The translations under genes and the position numbers were made by a program. Below the pieces are notes generated by a model. That model saw only the letters and a list, made by a program, of their open reading frames with translations. It was not told where the DNA came from and did not search any database. A stretch of 63,693 nucleotides of DNA, filler included. It is 4 parts of 4 records of this genome, joined end to end, with 100 filler letters (N's around TTAATTAATTAA, not from the genome) between each part and the next. Parts side by side here need not be neighbours in the genome. Positions count along the whole stretch, not along the records: positions 37,789 to 57,451 come from SRR22947725_7676; 3 more parts are not named here. One strand, given 5' to 3'. Shown here piece by piece: positions 40,423 to 52,565 of this stretch; the stretch's first letter is position 1, and every line of letters starts with the position of its first letter.

Positions 40423-42081
40423 ATGACAGATAGATTTAGATTAACAATTTCACAGTTAAACCCTACTCTCGGGAATTTTAAAGAGAATTTTTCTAAGGCG
40501 GTGACCTCCTGGAAAATTGGTAAAGCTGAAAAAGCAAATCTTGTAGCTTTACCCGAAATGTTCATTACAGGTTATCAAACTCAGGATCTAGTCTTAAAGA
40601 AAGCTTTTGTAAGAGAGGCAGAGCAGACAATAATTAACCTAGCGCAGCGTTGTTCTGACGGCCCCCCTATAGCCATCGGTCACCCAGTGTTAAGGGGCAC
40701 AAACCTTTATAACGCGTATTCTATTTTGGAAAATGGAAAGATAAAATTATCAATCTTTAAGCAAATTCTTCCTAATAATAGCGTATTTGATGAGAAGCGG
40801 TTATTTAGCCCAGGCATAGAAACGCAACCTTATTCAGTAGGTAATATAAGAATAGGTTCACCAATATGCGAAGATGCCTGGCATCCAGAAATTTCTGAAA
40901 CACTAGTTGAAACAGGGGCAGAACTACTTTTAGTTCCAAACGGTTCACCATATTCTAGAACCAAACATGACCTAAGAGTTAACACAATGGTATCAAGGGT
41001 AATCGAGACCGGTTTGCCACTTATTTATCTAAATACTGTTGGTGGGCAAGATGATCAGGTCTTTGACGGTGGTTCTTTTGTTCTAAATCCTGGAGGAAAA
41101 CTTGCTGTTCAGTTACCCTTTTTTGAGGAGTGCCATCAGTCAGTAGATTTTATTTTTCAAGAAAATAAGTGGATTGCTACACAAAGTCGGCTAGCTTCTC
41201 AACCATCAGAGTTAGAAAAAGATTACCAAGCGATGGTGAAAGGTCTTCAGGATTATGCAAGAAAAAGTGGCTTTGGAAAAGTTGTTCTTGGAATGTCCGG
41301 TGGAATTGACTCAGCATTAGTCGCAACAATTGCAGCAGATGCTTTAGGATCTAAAAATGTCAGATGTGTAATGTTACCGTCAGAGTTTACATCCAATACC
41401 TCACTAAAAGACGCAAAAGTAGTATCTCAAAACCTAGGTACTAGATTAGATGAGATATCAATTTCTGAGGCATATAAAAAGATATTAAACGACTTAAAAC
41501 CACTTTTTAATGGAGCAAAGCAAGATACATCAGAAGAAAACATTCAATCAAGGCTCCGAGGCATTTTTCTTATGGCGTTAAGTAATAAATTTGGAGAACT
41601 TTTACTTACGACTGGCAACAAGTCAGAAGTTGCGGTTGGTTATTCAACTATTTACGGTGACATGGCAGGAGGTTTTAATCCAATCAAAGATCTTTATAAA
41701 ACTAGAGTCTTTGAAACATGTAAATGGCGCAATTCAAATTATAGGTCGTGGATGCAAGCTCCAGCAAAAGTGCTAATCCCTAAGAATATTATAGAGAAAG
41801 CTCCAACTGCTGAACTTCGTGATAACCAGAAAGATGAAGACAGTCTCCCTCCATATGAAATCTTGGATGCGATACTCGAAAACCTCATAGATCGTGATCT
41901 CTCTATACAAAGTTGTGTTGAGCAAGGTTATGATAAGAAGTTAGTAGAAAAAATCGAAAACCTTATCTATCTAAGTGAATACAAACGTTTTCAAGCTGCA
42001 CCTGGAATTACCCTAACCGGACGATCTTTCTGGTTAGATAGACGATACCCAATTGTTAATCAGTGGCGAGATAGATCTTAA
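40423..42081 (+). CDS. nadE: Glutamine-dependent NAD+ synthetase
   Basis: CN-hydrolase domain (LPEM, ICED), SGGIDSA, TTGNKSE, PTAELR. Confidence 0.96.
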   Translation: MTDRFRLTISQLNPTLGNFKENFSKAVTSWKIGKAEKANLVALPEMFITGYQTQDLVLKKAFVREAEQTIINLAQRCSDGPPIAIGHPVLRGTNLYNAYSILENGKIKLSIFKQILPNNSVFDEKRLFSPGIETQPYSVGNIRIGSPICEDAWHPEISETLVETGAELLLVPNGSPYSRTKHDLRVNTMVSRVIETGLPLIYLNTVGGQDDQVFDGGSFVLNPGGKLAVQLPFFEECHQSVDFIFQENKWIATQSRLASQPSELEKDYQAMVKGLQDYARKSGFGKVVLGMSGGIDSALVATIAADALGSKNVRCVMLPSEFTSNTSLKDAKVVSQNLGTRLDEISISEAYKKILNDLKPLFNGAKQDTSEENIQSRLRGIFLMALSNKFGELLLTTGNKSEVAVGYSTIYGDMAGGFNPIKDLYKTRVFETCKWRNSNYRSWMQAPAKVLIPKNIIEKAPTAELRDNQKDEDSLPPYEILDAILENLIDRDLSIQSCVEQGYDKKLVEKIENLIYLSEYKRFQAAPGITLTGRSFWLDRRYPIVNQWRDRS

Positions 42082-42181
42082 TAAAGTAATAATTATTATT
42101 CATAAATTATCAAAGCTTTAAAGATTATATAGACAAAGTTTATCTGATATGTTTTTGAGTATTGAAATATAGGATTAGAGA

Positions 42182-43495
42182 ATGACAATTACTCGTTTTG
42201 CACCGTCGCCTACCGGCTTCTTACACGTTGGGAATTTAAGAACAGCACTAATTAATTACTTAGTGGCAAAAAAAGACAATGGCGAATTTATTTTAAGGTT
42301 AGATGACACTGATCCTGTACGCTCAAAACCAATATATGTTGATCAAATTAAAAGAGATCTTGAATGGTTGGGTCTGGAATGGGACAGAGTAGAGACCCAA
42401 TCGTCTCGAATAGATAGATATAATGAGGCGGCATTAGACCTTAAAAAACAAGATAAACTATATCAAGCTTTTGAAACATCTGTAGAGCTAGAACTAAAAA
42501 GGAAAAAGCAGTTAAGCATGGGTCTTCCACCAGTATATGATCGATCTGCATTAAAAATTACGGCTGAGGAATTAAAAACTAGGGAAGGATCGCAAACTGG
42601 TTATTGGCGTTTTCTTTTAAACCTTTCCCGAACTGAATGGCAGGATGGGATTTTAAGTTTAATTTCTATCGATACAAAAAGTGTTTCTGATCCAGTACTA
42701 ATTCGAAAAGATGGGCAATTTCTTTATACATTGGCTTCTGTAGTGGATGATATTGATATGAAAATAACTCACGTAGTTCGGGGAGCTGATCACGTTACAA
42801 ATACAGCTACTCAAATCCAAATAATGGAGGCCTTAGGAAAAGTGGCGCCAAGTTTTTCGCATCACTCCCTGCTTACAGGTCCAGGTGGCGAAGCTCTATC
42901 GAAGAGGTTAGGGACACTAGCTCTTAAAGATTTAAAGTTGGCCGGGATTGAACCAATGGCAATCCTAAGCCATCTATCAAAAATAGGGACATCAAATACA
43001 ACTGATCTGCAGACCTCCATCTCAGATCTAATTCATGACTTTGATTTAACAAAATTTGGTTCTTCTCCAACAAAGTTCGATATTAAAAATCTAACCCCCT
43101 TAACAGCAAAATTTCTAAAAACTCTCTCTTACGAAGATATAAAAAAAGACCTTGACCTTTTTGGTGTAGAGAAGAAGATACAGAAAACCTTCTGGTCAAT
43201 TGCAAAAGAAAATATAAACTGTAAATCAGATATAGAAACTTGGTGGAAGATTTGCTCTGAAGGTCCAACCCCAATTATCTCAGAGGCTGATAAAGAGTTT
43301 GTTGCTCTGGCAATTAAAATGTTACCTGTAAAACCATTTGATGAAAACACATGGTCAAGTTGGACAAAGGAAGTACGAAATAAGACTGGCCGTTCAGGAA
43401 AAAACCTTTATCTGCCCCTTCGAAAAGCTTTGACAGGCAAAGAATATGGGCCAGACATGTCCACATTTCTGCCTCTTTTAAAAAGTATACAGTAA
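42182..43495 (+). CDS. gltX: Glutamate-tRNA ligase
   Basis: RFAPSPTGFLHVGN, RLDDTD, RGADH, LSKR. Confidence 0.96.
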   Translation: MTITRFAPSPTGFLHVGNLRTALINYLVAKKDNGEFILRLDDTDPVRSKPIYVDQIKRDLEWLGLEWDRVETQSSRIDRYNEAALDLKKQDKLYQAFETSVELELKRKKQLSMGLPPVYDRSALKITAEELKTREGSQTGYWRFLLNLSRTEWQDGILSLISIDTKSVSDPVLIRKDGQFLYTLASVVDDIDMKITHVVRGADHVTNTATQIQIMEALGKVAPSFSHHSLLTGPGGEALSKRLGTLALKDLKLAGIEPMAILSHLSKIGTSNTTDLQTSISDLIHDFDLTKFGSSPTKFDIKNLTPLTAKFLKTLSYEDIKKDLDLFGVEKKIQKTFWSIAKENINCKSDIETWWKICSEGPTPIISEADKEFVALAIKMLPVKPFDENTWSSWTKEVRNKTGRSGKNLYLPLRKALTGKEYGPDMSTFLPLLKSIQ

Positions 43496-43498
43496 ACT

Positions 43499-44056
43499 TT
43501 ATTGTATCTTAATCCATTCCTTAAATAACTTTTGGGATTCCATGCTATCCCAAACTAAAGTTCCCTCTACTCTACCAACCTCTCTACCTTTAAAATCAAT
43601 CATTAAAGTTGTTGGCAAGACCGCAATATTAAGTTTCCTCGAAAATACGCTTTTGGAGTCAAAAAATTGACTCAAAAATGTTAAATTATTTGTTTCAAAA
43701 AAATTATTAACTTTGCTCTTATCATTTCGTCCAGTGGCAACCGCTATTACATCAAAACTCTTATCGTTTAAAAGCATCTTCAGGTTATCAAGGGAAGGCA
43801 TTTCTTCAACGCAAGGTGCACACCAAAGAGCCCAGAAATTTAATAAAATAAATTTTCCTTTGAAATCAGAAATTGTTACTTTCTCGCCCGTAATATTCTC
43901 GAAAGTAGCAAAATTTAGGGGTTTCGGTTCAGTGTGAAATTTAATTTTACCTAAATCGTTATTTGTTAACTCTAGCAAATTACTAACACTTGCATTAACG
44001 GTATTTGCACTGAACACAATGCAAGTATATAATAAGATCAATCTAACTTTGTTCAT
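43499..44056 (-). CDS. tlpA: TlpA-family thiol:disulfide oxidoreductase
   Basis: LNFWALWCAPCVEEMPSL; N-terminal anchor; divergent from argH. Confidence 0.88.
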   Translation of the reverse strand: MNKVRLILLYTCIVFSANTVNASVSNLLELTNNDLGKIKFHTEPKPLNFATFENITGEKVTISDFKGKFILLNFWALWCAPCVEEMPSLDNLKMLLNDKSFDVIAVATGRNDKSKVNNFFETNNLTFLSQFFDSKSVFSRKLNIAVLPTTLMIDFKGREVGRVEGTLVWDSMESQKLFKEWIKIQ

Positions 44057-44080
44057 TTTAATTACCTCTAGAAAGAGCTT

Positions 44081-45484
44081 ATGGCGAAATCAGAATCAAA
44101 CACAATGTGGGGCGGACGTTTTGCCTCAGGCCAAGACACTTTGATGGAATCACTAAATGCTTCTATTGGGTTTGATCAAAGGCTTTCCATTCAAGATATT
44201 CGAGGTTCAATTTCACACGCTTCCATGTTGAGAGAAACGGGTATAATTTCTAAGAGTGACGCAGATATAATAATAGCGGGTCTTAAGAAAATCCAACTTG
44301 AAATTGAATCAGGAGACTTTAAATTTTCGGTTAAGTTAGAAGATATTCATATGAATATAGAAGCTCGCCTAAAAGAGTTAATCGGTGATGCTGCCGGCAG
44401 ATTGCATACAGCTAGATCAAGAAATGATCAGGTAACAACAGATACAAAATTATGGGTTCGTGAGCAAATAGATAAACTGATGAAAACAATAAGGTTATTG
44501 CAACGACAACTAATTATCAACGCAGAAAGTCGAGCTGACTGGGTGATGCCTGGCTTTACTCACCTTCAAACGGCTCAACCAGTCACGTGGGGTCATCACA
44601 TGATGGCATATGTCGAAATGTTTGAAAGAGACTATCTAAGGTTTTATGATGCAAGAATTCGCTTGAATGAAAGTCCACTTGGTGCAGCAGCTCTTGCTGG
44701 AACCTCTTTTCCAATTGATCGCCAGCATACATCCGACAGTCTTGGATTTGATAGACCCACAGCAAATTCATTAGATTCTGTATCAGATAGAGATTTTGCC
44801 TTGGAATTTTTAAGTACAGCGTCGATCTGTGCAATGCACCTATCTAGATTTTGTGAGGAAATTATCATTTGGTCTTCTTCACAGTTTGGCTTTGTATCTT
44901 TGTCAGATGAATTTTCAACAGGCTCCTCCATTATGCCCCAAAAGAAAAACCCTGACTCGGCAGAACTTATTAGAGCAAAAGTTGGAAGGATCTTTGGTTC
45001 CAATGTTGCATTAATGATGGTTATGAAAGGGTTACCTTTAGCTTTCAATAAGGATATGCAAGAGGACAAAGAGCAGATTTTTGATGCATCAGACAATCTG
45101 TCAATTTCATTAAATGTCATGGTAAAAATAATTCAAACTATGCAAGTAAATAGGGAGGCTCTTGAAGAAGCAGCATCAAGTGGTTTTTCGACTGCCACAG
45201 ACTTAGCAGATTGGTTAGTTAGGGAATTAAACTTACCGTTTCGGGAGGCTCATCATATAACAGGAGAAATAGTAAAGATTTGCGAGCTAAAGAAATGTAG
45301 CCTATCCTCTTTAGCGTTAGAAGACATGCAAAATATTGAACCTCGAATTACTAAAAGCGTTTTTAATGTTCTAAGTGTTCAAAATTCAGTCTCAAGTAGG
45401 TCTAGCTTAGGTGGTACAGCTCCTGAACAGGTAATTAAACAAGTTTTAAGGTGGAAAAAAATTCTAAATGAAGAAATTATTTAA
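44081..45484 (+). CDS. argH: Argininosuccinate lyase
   Basis: [25 protein letters not shown]. Confidence 0.98.
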   Translation: MAKSESNTMWGGRFASGQDTLMESLNASIGFDQRLSIQDIRGSISHASMLRETGIISKSDADIIIAGLKKIQLEIESGDFKFSVKLEDIHMNIEARLKELIGDAAGRLHTARSRNDQVTTDTKLWVREQIDKLMKTIRLLQRQLIINAESRADWVMPGFTHLQTAQPVTWGHHMMAYVEMFERDYLRFYDARIRLNESPLGAAALAGTSFPIDRQHTSDSLGFDRPTANSLDSVSDRDFALEFLSTASICAMHLSRFCEEIIIWSSSQFGFVSLSDEFSTGSSIMPQKKNPDSAELIRAKVGRIFGSNVALMMVMKGLPLAFNKDMQEDKEQIFDASDNLSISLNVMVKIIQTMQVNREALEEAASSGFSTATDLADWLVRELNLPFREAHHITGEIVKICELKKCSLSSLALEDMQNIEPRITKSVFNVLSVQNSVSSRSSLGGTAPEQVIKQVLRWKKILNEEII

Positions 45485-45578
45485 TTTACTAATCTTATTA
45501 AGTGTAGTGTGCTGTGGAATAGAAGGTGACCCAATTCCGCCAAAGCCTACGAATAATACAAAAGACATAACTCAATAA
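45468..45578 (+). CDS. Small lipoprotein (LptM/YifL-like), absent from the ORF track
   Basis: [36 protein letters not shown]; lipobox then CG.EG.P..P; overlaps the argH stop. Confidence 0.7.
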   Translation: MKKLFNLLILLSVVCCGIEGDPIPPKPTNNTKDITQ

Positions 45579-45616
45579 CTCTAAAATAATTTAAAACTAG
45601 CAAAGTGGTTTAAGCA

Positions 45617-46087
45617 ATGGAAAAAATCCCTATGACACCCAAAGGTCACAAAGCTTTGGATACGGAGCTAAGATTATTAAAAAGTGTGGAGCGACCTGCT
45701 ATAATAAAAGCAATTGCAGAAGCACGAGAGCACGGTGACCTATCTGAAAATGCTGAATATCACTCTGCCAGAGAAAAACAAAGTTTTATCGAGGGTCGTA
45801 TTAAAGAGCTTGAATCTTCTCTTGGCTTGGCAGAAGTAATTAATCCATCGACCTTATCTGGTTCAATTAAATTTGGTGCAACAGTGACTTTACTGGATGA
45901 AGAGACTGAGAAAGAAACAGCCTTTCAAATTGTTGGTAAAACTGAAGCTAATATTGAAAACGGTTTACTTAATATTCAGTCTCCTCTGGCACGAGCACTA
46001 ATTGGTAAAGAAATCGGAGACAGTGTTGAAGTAAAAACTCCAGGTGGAACACGGGATTACGAAATACTAGATGTGAAGTATAGTTAG
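45617..46087 (+). CDS. greA: Transcription elongation factor GreA
   Basis: [28 protein letters not shown]. Confidence 0.97.
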   Translation: MEKIPMTPKGHKALDTELRLLKSVERPAIIKAIAEAREHGDLSENAEYHSAREKQSFIEGRIKELESSLGLAEVINPSTLSGSIKFGATVTLLDEETEKETAFQIVGKTEANIENGLLNIQSPLARALIGKEIGDSVEVKTPGGTRDYEILDVKYS

Positions 46088-46097
46088 GGTACAAAAA

Positions 46098-47066
46098 ATG
46101 ACGAAGCAGCCTCAGTTTAAGGGTAAAATGTTTTCAAATGACAAACCCATATCAGAGACTGTCAAAGTGAGAGTACCATATGCAAAGTTATTTGTTATAT
46201 TGTGGGCTGTCATTCTTATTCCATTGATCTCTTACGGCCTGTTATCTAACTCTAGTCAAAATCTAAATTTTTATTTAATTGTCATACACTTTCTATTCTC
46301 CATTTTATTCTTTATCGTAATAAAATTTTCTTTTGAAAAGGATACCACTAAATTATACGAGGCTCAGAGTTATTTACAAAAAAAATTGACAAACTTAGAG
46401 AGCCTAAGCACTCTTGGAAAACCTTCAATCGATATGAATGCTACCCATCAGGTAAAAAATATTATTACAAGTCAGTCTGAATTCCATTCTAGACTCTCTG
46501 ATTTAGAAAATAAGATTTACCCACATCTAGCCTTAAACTCTAAAATAGGTAGAAGTAGTGATTTGAATGATAAATCAAACAGTAAAGACCAAATGCCAAT
46601 CTCTGTTAAAGATCTAATAGGAGCATTGAATTTTCCAAAAGACGAGGCTGATAGTGAAGGGTTTAGAAAGCTTCGAATAGCCTTAGCTGATTCTGAAAAT
46701 GGGGACCTACTAAGAGCAAGTCAAGATGTTCAGACACTTTTGAGTCAGGATGGTATTTACATGGATGACCTGATTGTTGAACCCTCACAACCTATCGTTT
46801 GGAGAAACTTCTCTAAAGGCCATCGGGGGCCAACTGTCCAATCACTTTGGGTAATTGAAAATGACGAAACTGTATTCTTGATATCTAAGAAACTGAGTGA
46901 TGACGAGATATTTAGAGATACAGTAAATCATTTTTTACGACATTTTGATAGTTCTCTGAATGAACTTTGTAAAAAAGCAAGTGATAGTGATTTACTACGG
47001 TTTTCAGATACAAGGACAGCTAGAGCATTTAAACTCTTAGGAACGGCCTCTGGGCGCTTTAACTAA
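46098..47066 (+). CDS. Conserved hypothetical membrane protein
   Basis: 2 TM helices; C-terminal ALNFP...LLSQDGIYMDDL...TRTARAF.LLG. Confidence 0.7.
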   Translation: MTKQPQFKGKMFSNDKPISETVKVRVPYAKLFVILWAVILIPLISYGLLSNSSQNLNFYLIVIHFLFSILFFIVIKFSFEKDTTKLYEAQSYLQKKLTNLESLSTLGKPSIDMNATHQVKNIITSQSEFHSRLSDLENKIYPHLALNSKIGRSSDLNDKSNSKDQMPISVKDLIGALNFPKDEADSEGFRKLRIALADSENGDLLRASQDVQTLLSQDGIYMDDLIVEPSQPIVWRNFSKGHRGPTVQSLWVIENDETVFLISKKLSDDEIFRDTVNHFLRHFDSSLNELCKKASDSDLLRFSDTRTARAFKLLGTASGRFN

Positions 47067-47077
47067 AACTCTTCTAA

Positions 47078-47539
47078 TTATACTGGAAGACCAGTTTCTT
47101 TAAATACATTTTTTAGAGAAAAGCTGGACTGAATTTGGGCTACTCCAGGCAAGCTGGCAAGGAATTTTCTATGAAGTTGTGCGAAATCATTAGTATCAGT
47201 TGCTACAACTTTTAGAAGGTAATCTGCTGAGCCAGCCATAAGATTACATTCCAATACATTAGGAATTTTTTTTACTTCCTTTTCAAATTTATTTAACACC
47301 TCATCCGCTTGACCATTAAGTGTTATCTCCACAAAGACTGTGGTAGATAAATTAACCTTTATTGGATCTAAAAGAGCAACATAGTTTTTTATAACTTTAT
47401 TTGACTCCAAGCGAGAAACCCTACGATGGCAAGCAGAGGCAGATAGATTTATCTCCATTGATAAATCAGAGTTAGAAATACGACCACGTTTCTGAATAAT
47501 CCTTAAGATTCGTAGATCAGTTGCGTCTAAGTTAAACAT
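47078..47539 (-). CDS. Lrp/AsnC regulator (AldR-like), divergent from ald
   Basis: LDATDLRIL, LSASACHRRV, GSADYLLKV. Confidence 0.9.
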   Translation of the reverse strand: MFNLDATDLRILRIIQKRGRISNSDLSMEINLSASACHRRVSRLESNKVIKNYVALLDPIKVNLSTTVFVEITLNGQADEVLNKFEKEVKKIPNVLECNLMAGSADYLLKVVATDTNDFAQLHRKFLASLPGVAQIQSSFSLKNVFKETGLPV

Positions 47540-47677
47540 ATTAGAATATCCTTTAATAAATATAGAAAATTTTATCAATTTATTCTAAAATACATTATAA
47601 AAATAGGCAACTTTTGTAGGTTATTTTTTTAACATTATGGTAACTTAGATTCAGATATTTAAATGAAGGAAATAATT

Positions 47678-48796
47678 ATGCTTATAGGCTGCCCCAAAGA
47701 AATTAAACCTCAAGAGTATCGTGTCGGACTAACTCCTAACGCTGTTAAAGAAATCATCCTAAATGGTCATAAAGTTTTAATAGAAAAAGATGCTGGTGCT
47801 GGTTCTGGGTTCTCAGATCAACTTTACGAAGAAGCAGGTGCAAAAATTCTCCAGTCAGCGGAAGAAATCTTTTCACAGTCTGAGATGATTGTTAAGGTTA
47901 AGGAGCCTCAAAGAGTTGAAAGAAAAATGCTTAAGGAATCACAATTACTTTTTACTTACCTCCATTTGGCACCAGACCCTGATCAAACACATGATTTACT
48001 AGAGTCAAAATGTACGGCCATAGCATATGAGACAGTTACAGATGATCAAGGCGGATTACCATTACTAGCACCAATGTCAGAAGTGGCTGGACGTTTAGCT
48101 CCTCAAGTCGGCGCATGGACTCTTCAAAAAGCCAATGGAGGTCGCGGAATTCTGTTAGGTGGTGTGCCTGGGGTAGAACCAGCAAGAGTCACCATAATTG
48201 GGGGTGGAGTTGTTGGAGCTAATGCAGCAAAAGTTGCGCTTGGCATGGGTGCTGATGTCACGATATTAGAACGGTCAATTACAAGAATGCGTCAACTAGA
48301 CGATATATTTCATGGCAATGTAAAAACTATTTTTGCAAATGCTGGCAGTACGGCTGAGCAATTAATAACTTCTGACTTATTAATTGGAGCAGTCCTAGTT
48401 CCTGGTGCCACAGCTCCAATGTTAGTATCAAGGTCTCAACTTTCTTCCATGAAACCTGGTGCTGCTATTGTTGATGTTGCGATTGACCAGGGTGGTTGTT
48501 TTGAAACATCTAAGGCTACCACTCATGAGGACCCAATATACGATGTTGACGGGATAATTCATTATTGCGTAGCAAATATGCCTGGGGCAGTAGCTCGCAC
48601 TTCCACTATAGCACTTGGAAATGCTACAATGCCATTCATACTGTCTCTTGCAAATAAAGGCTGGAGAAATGCTTGTAAAGAAAACGACCACCTTTTAAAT
48701 GGATTAAATGTGCACTTAGGAAATATAACCTATAAAGCTGTAGCGGAAGCCTTAGATTTAAAGTTCATTTCTCCAGAATCTGCACTTAGCATGTAA
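47678..48796 (+). CDS. ald: Alanine dehydrogenase
   Basis: [37 protein letters not shown]. Confidence 0.97.
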   Translation: MLIGCPKEIKPQEYRVGLTPNAVKEIILNGHKVLIEKDAGAGSGFSDQLYEEAGAKILQSAEEIFSQSEMIVKVKEPQRVERKMLKESQLLFTYLHLAPDPDQTHDLLESKCTAIAYETVTDDQGGLPLLAPMSEVAGRLAPQVGAWTLQKANGGRGILLGGVPGVEPARVTIIGGGVVGANAAKVALGMGADVTILERSITRMRQLDDIFHGNVKTIFANAGSTAEQLITSDLLIGAVLVPGATAPMLVSRSQLSSMKPGAAIVDVAIDQGGCFETSKATTHEDPIYDVDGIIHYCVANMPGAVARTSTIALGNATMPFILSLANKGWRNACKENDHLLNGLNVHLGNITYKAVAEALDLKFISPESALSM

Positions 48797-48846
48797 TTCA
48801 GATTTAAAAGGCTTTAGGGCCAAGAAAAAATTGAAAATTAACCTTA

Positions 48847-51258
48847 CTAGCTTCGAAGCTCTCCACCAGTTTTATCTCGCACAGCGGTAATTACTCTTGA
48901 AGAAATTTCTTCAATTTCTTTGTCGGTTAAAGTTTTACCCTGCGGTTGTAAGCGGACAGAAATCGCTAATGACTTCTTTCCCTCTCCAAACTGCTGGCTC
49001 GCCTTAACTCCTGAAAATTCATCAAAAACCATAACACATTCAATTAAAGCCTTATCAATACTTTCAGCTGCCCCAACCACTGAAGAAGCCTCTACTCTAT
49101 CATCTAAAATAAAGGAAAAATCTCTATCAACAGCCTGAAAATCACTTATATTGAGGGCATCTCTAGTGGCTGTATTAACTTTTCTCTTTGGAATATTCTC
49201 TAACAAAATGGTAAAAGCCAAAACTGAACCTTTCAATTCAAAGCTTTTAACAATTCTTGGGTGAACTTCACCGAATATCGCTAGTGTATTTTTAGGGCCC
49301 AGGGATATCCTACCTGATCTTCCTGGGTGCCAAACTTTAGGAATATCACGGTATATTTTACTTGTTTTAGGCGCACCTAAAGCCTGTAAAATTATTTCCA
49401 TATCCGCCTTTACATCAAAAACATCTACCAACCTGCGGTCCCCATGAGGATCTCTAGGACAAGTGTTGCCTATTAATAAACCTGTGGCGATCATAGACTG
49501 CTGACCTGGTTCTTTACCGCTAAATATAGTCCCTACTTCGAATAAGCTTAAATCTAAAAACCCTCGGGCTTGATTTCGTTGAGCAGCTTTTAATAAGTTT
49601 GGTAATAAATCTTGCCTCATGTAGCCCATATCAATTGAGATAGGATTTTCTAAAGGAATTAAATCATCGTCCTCACTAAACTGGAGTGCGCTATCTCTAT
49701 CTATAAAACTGTAGGAAACGCATTCATTGTAACCAATGGATGCCAATGTTCGCCGAGCGGTACGCTCTCGCTTTTGAAGTAAAGTTAATACTGGCTTAGG
49801 CACACCAACCTCAGTTCTGGCCATAGGTTTTCCAACAAGGTTTTGTAAAGATGAAACTCTAACAATCTCCTCGACCAAATCCGCTTCACCTAATATATCA
49901 GGCCTCCAACTTGGAGGATATGCTCTCCCTTGATTTACTTCAAAACCTAACTCACCAAGAATTCTTAGTTGCTCTCCTTCTGGCACATCCATTCCAACTA
50001 AAGTCTTTACTCTATTTAAATCCAACTTATAGCTTCGAACCTCACTCTCTAATTCACCAGCAGAAACGACTTTCGAAGGCTCCCCACCACAAAGCTCAAC
50101 TATCATCTTTGAGGCTAATTCAATTGCATTATTATTAAATCCTGGATCAATCCCTCGCTCATTCCTATATCTCGCATCAGAATTAATCTTTAGAGCTCTT
50201 CCAGTTTTTGCAATTTGAATATTGTCCCAGATTGCGGCCTCAAGAAAAACATTTTGTGTAGTATCCGTGCACCCTGAATTTAAGCCACCCATGATACCAG
50301 CAATACTTACTATTTCTTTGTCATCCGAAATTACAACCATACCCTCAGACAAACAGTGTTTTTTTTCATCTAAACCAATAAATTCAGTAGGTTCTGTTAA
50401 GTTGTGTACTCTCAAATTTCCACTTAACTTATCAGCATCAAAAACATGCAATGGCCGATTACTGTCAAAGGTAAAAAAGTTGGTTATATCCACTAATATA
50501 GAAATTGGGCGAAGCCCCAATGCAATCAAGCGATCCTGAAGCCAAGCAGGGCTTGGACCATTTTTTACTTTTCTAATCAGCCTCCCACTAAATATTTCAC
50601 AACCATTTTTTTTAGTGTTTTTATCGATAGATACTTTTATCTGGCTCTCAAACTCTCCTGGGATAGTAACTTTATCCTGAGCTTTCAGGACGCCTATACC
50701 TTTCGCTGCTAAATCTCGAGCTATACCCCTTATGCCCAAAGCATCTGGTCGGTTTGGTGTGATTGCAATTTCAATAACAGCGTCCATTTTATTTGGACTA
50801 TTTACTTTAAGCCAATCTAAAAACCGTTCACCAACCTGCCCTGTGGAAAGTTCAATTATGCCATCATGTTCATCACTCATGCCCATTTCTCGTTCCGAGC
50901 ACATCATTCCAGCACTTTCTACACCACGAATATTTCCAACTCCAATCGTAGAATCAATACCAGGGACATATGATCCAGGTTTGGCAACAACAACATTTAT
51001 ACCAGTTCTGGCATTAACAGCACCACAAATAATTTGCTTTTCACCCTCATCTGTTTGGACAAGACAAACTCGTAATCTATCAGCATTTGGATGTTGTTCA
51101 GTTTTTATAATTCTTCCAATAGTGAAATTTTCTAGATTTGCAGTTGGATCTAAAATATCTTCCACCTCCAAACCCAAATCGGTCAGTGCGTCTGCTATTT
51201 CAGAAACACTAGCTGTCGTTTCTAAATGCTCTTTTAACCAGGAAAAGGTAAACTTCAT
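48847..51258 (-). CDS. pheT: Phenylalanine-tRNA ligase beta subunit
   Basis: MKFTFSWLKEHL, HPNADRL, ITPNRPD, PSWRPDI, FDX-ACB end. Confidence 0.97.
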   Translation of the reverse strand: MKFTFSWLKEHLETTASVSEIADALTDLGLEVEDILDPTANLENFTIGRIIKTEQHPNADRLRVCLVQTDEGEKQIICGAVNARTGINVVVAKPGSYVPGIDSTIGVGNIRGVESAGMMCSEREMGMSDEHDGIIELSTGQVGERFLDWLKVNSPNKMDAVIEIAITPNRPDALGIRGIARDLAAKGIGVLKAQDKVTIPGEFESQIKVSIDKNTKKNGCEIFSGRLIRKVKNGPSPAWLQDRLIALGLRPISILVDITNFFTFDSNRPLHVFDADKLSGNLRVHNLTEPTEFIGLDEKKHCLSEGMVVISDDKEIVSIAGIMGGLNSGCTDTTQNVFLEAAIWDNIQIAKTGRALKINSDARYRNERGIDPGFNNNAIELASKMIVELCGGEPSKVVSAGELESEVRSYKLDLNRVKTLVGMDVPEGEQLRILGELGFEVNQGRAYPPSWRPDILGEADLVEEIVRVSSLQNLVGKPMARTEVGVPKPVLTLLQKRERTARRTLASIGYNECVSYSFIDRDSALQFSEDDDLIPLENPISIDMGYMRQDLLPNLLKAAQRNQARGFLDLSLFEVGTIFSGKEPGQQSMIATGLLIGNTCPRDPHGDRRLVDVFDVKADMEIILQALGAPKTSKIYRDIPKVWHPGRSGRISLGPKNTLAIFGEVHPRIVKSFELKGSVLAFTILLENIPKRKVNTATRDALNISDFQAVDRDFSFILDDRVEASSVVGAAESIDKALIECVMVFDEFSGVKASQQFGEGKKSLAISVRLQPQGKTLTDKEIEEISSRVITAVRDKTGGELRS

Positions 51259-51315
51259 TTTTGAGATTCCTTAACGTTAACTCTCAAAGAAAATTTATTT
51301 ACTATTTTCTTCAAT

Positions 51316-52398
51316 TTATTTACTCAAACCAGCAGAGAGACTCGGTTGATCTAGCGCTGCAAATCCATAATGTTTCAACCATCTTAGATCAGAATCAAAA
51401 AATGACCTAAGGTCAGGGATCCCGTATTTTAGCATTGCTATTCTATCTATGCCCATTCCAAAGGCAAACCCTTGCCATTTCTCAGGGTCTATGCCTCCAG
51501 CTTTAAGAACATTTGGATGAACCATTCCTGAGCCCAGAATCTCTAACCAATCATCACCCTCGCCAACTTTTAGCTGACCGCCACTCCAGGAGCACCTGAT
51601 ATCTACTTCCGCTGATGGTTCAGTAAATGGGAAATGAGAAGCCCGAAACCGTAATTCTACTTCATCAACTTCAAAAAATGCTCTTACAAACTCTTCTAAG
51701 ACCCACTTCAAATTTGCCATTGTAATGTCTTTATCAAGCGCTAGACCTTCGACCTGATGAAACATTGGTGTATGTGTCTGATCATAATCAGCCCGATAGA
51801 CTCGTCCAGGACAAATAACCTTTATAGGAGCACCTGAGGACTGCATAGTCCGAATCTGCACTGGGCTCGTATGCGTACGTAGAACATGTGGCGGTTCGCT
51901 ACTATTCCCTTGGTGTTTCATATAAAATGTGTCCATCTCCCCTCGCGCAGGGTGATGGCTAGGAATATTAAGAGCATCAAAGTTGTACCAATCGCTTTCA
52001 ATTTGAGGTCCCTCAGCAACTAAAAAACCCATATCTGCAAAAATTTCTGTTACTTCCTCAGTAACTTGCGAAACAGGGTGAATGGTACCCCCACTCTTCA
52101 CTCGACTAGGCAAAGTGACATCTAGCCATTCAGTTCGTAACCGCTCATCTAATGCAGTATCTTGAAATGCAGTTTTTTTTGCTATTAACGCTGAATTAAT
52201 CTCACCTTTAAGAGAGTTAAGTAAAGGCCCATAAGTCATTTTTTGCTCAGGGCTCATAGAACCCAACTCTCGCATTTTTAAACTTATTTCCCCTTTTTTC
52301 CCAAGAAACCTTAACCTTAAGTTTTCTAGTTCAACTTCATCGGAAACTTCAGAGATATGTTTTAAGACACCAGCTCGTAGGTTTTCTAAATCATCCAT
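51316..52398 (-). CDS. pheS: Phenylalanine-tRNA ligase alpha subunit
   Basis: [31 protein letters not shown]; start placed at MDDLEN. Confidence 0.97.
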   Translation of the reverse strand: MDDLENLRAGVLKHISEVSDEVELENLRLRFLGKKGEISLKMRELGSMSPEQKMTYGPLLNSLKGEINSALIAKKTAFQDTALDERLRTEWLDVTLPSRVKSGGTIHPVSQVTEEVTEIFADMGFLVAEGPQIESDWYNFDALNIPSHHPARGEMDTFYMKHQGNSSEPPHVLRTHTSPVQIRTMQSSGAPIKVICPGRVYRADYDQTHTPMFHQVEGLALDKDITMANLKWVLEEFVRAFFEVDEVELRFRASHFPFTEPSAEVDIRCSWSGGQLKVGEGDDWLEILGSGMVHPNVLKAGGIDPEKWQGFAFGMGIDRIAMLKYGIPDLRSFFDSDLRWLKHYGFAALDQPSLSAGLSK

Positions 52399-52565
52399 GC
52401 CTACACTCATTTCAAACTTCACTATATTATTTTTATTTATTTTTATAGTTATCACTACCACCAATATTGGCAATGATATTAATACTATAATAGAAAAAAT
52501 TACTTTACCAGCTCCAGAGGTTTTTATACTTTGGAGCTCTAGAGAAAGCTTAAAGTTTTTTAAAT

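Noticed and set aside
47542-47586. Lrp-like boxes between the regulator and ald
   Set aside because: Plausible, but indistinguishable from background in very AT-rich DNA; the arrangement is already well known
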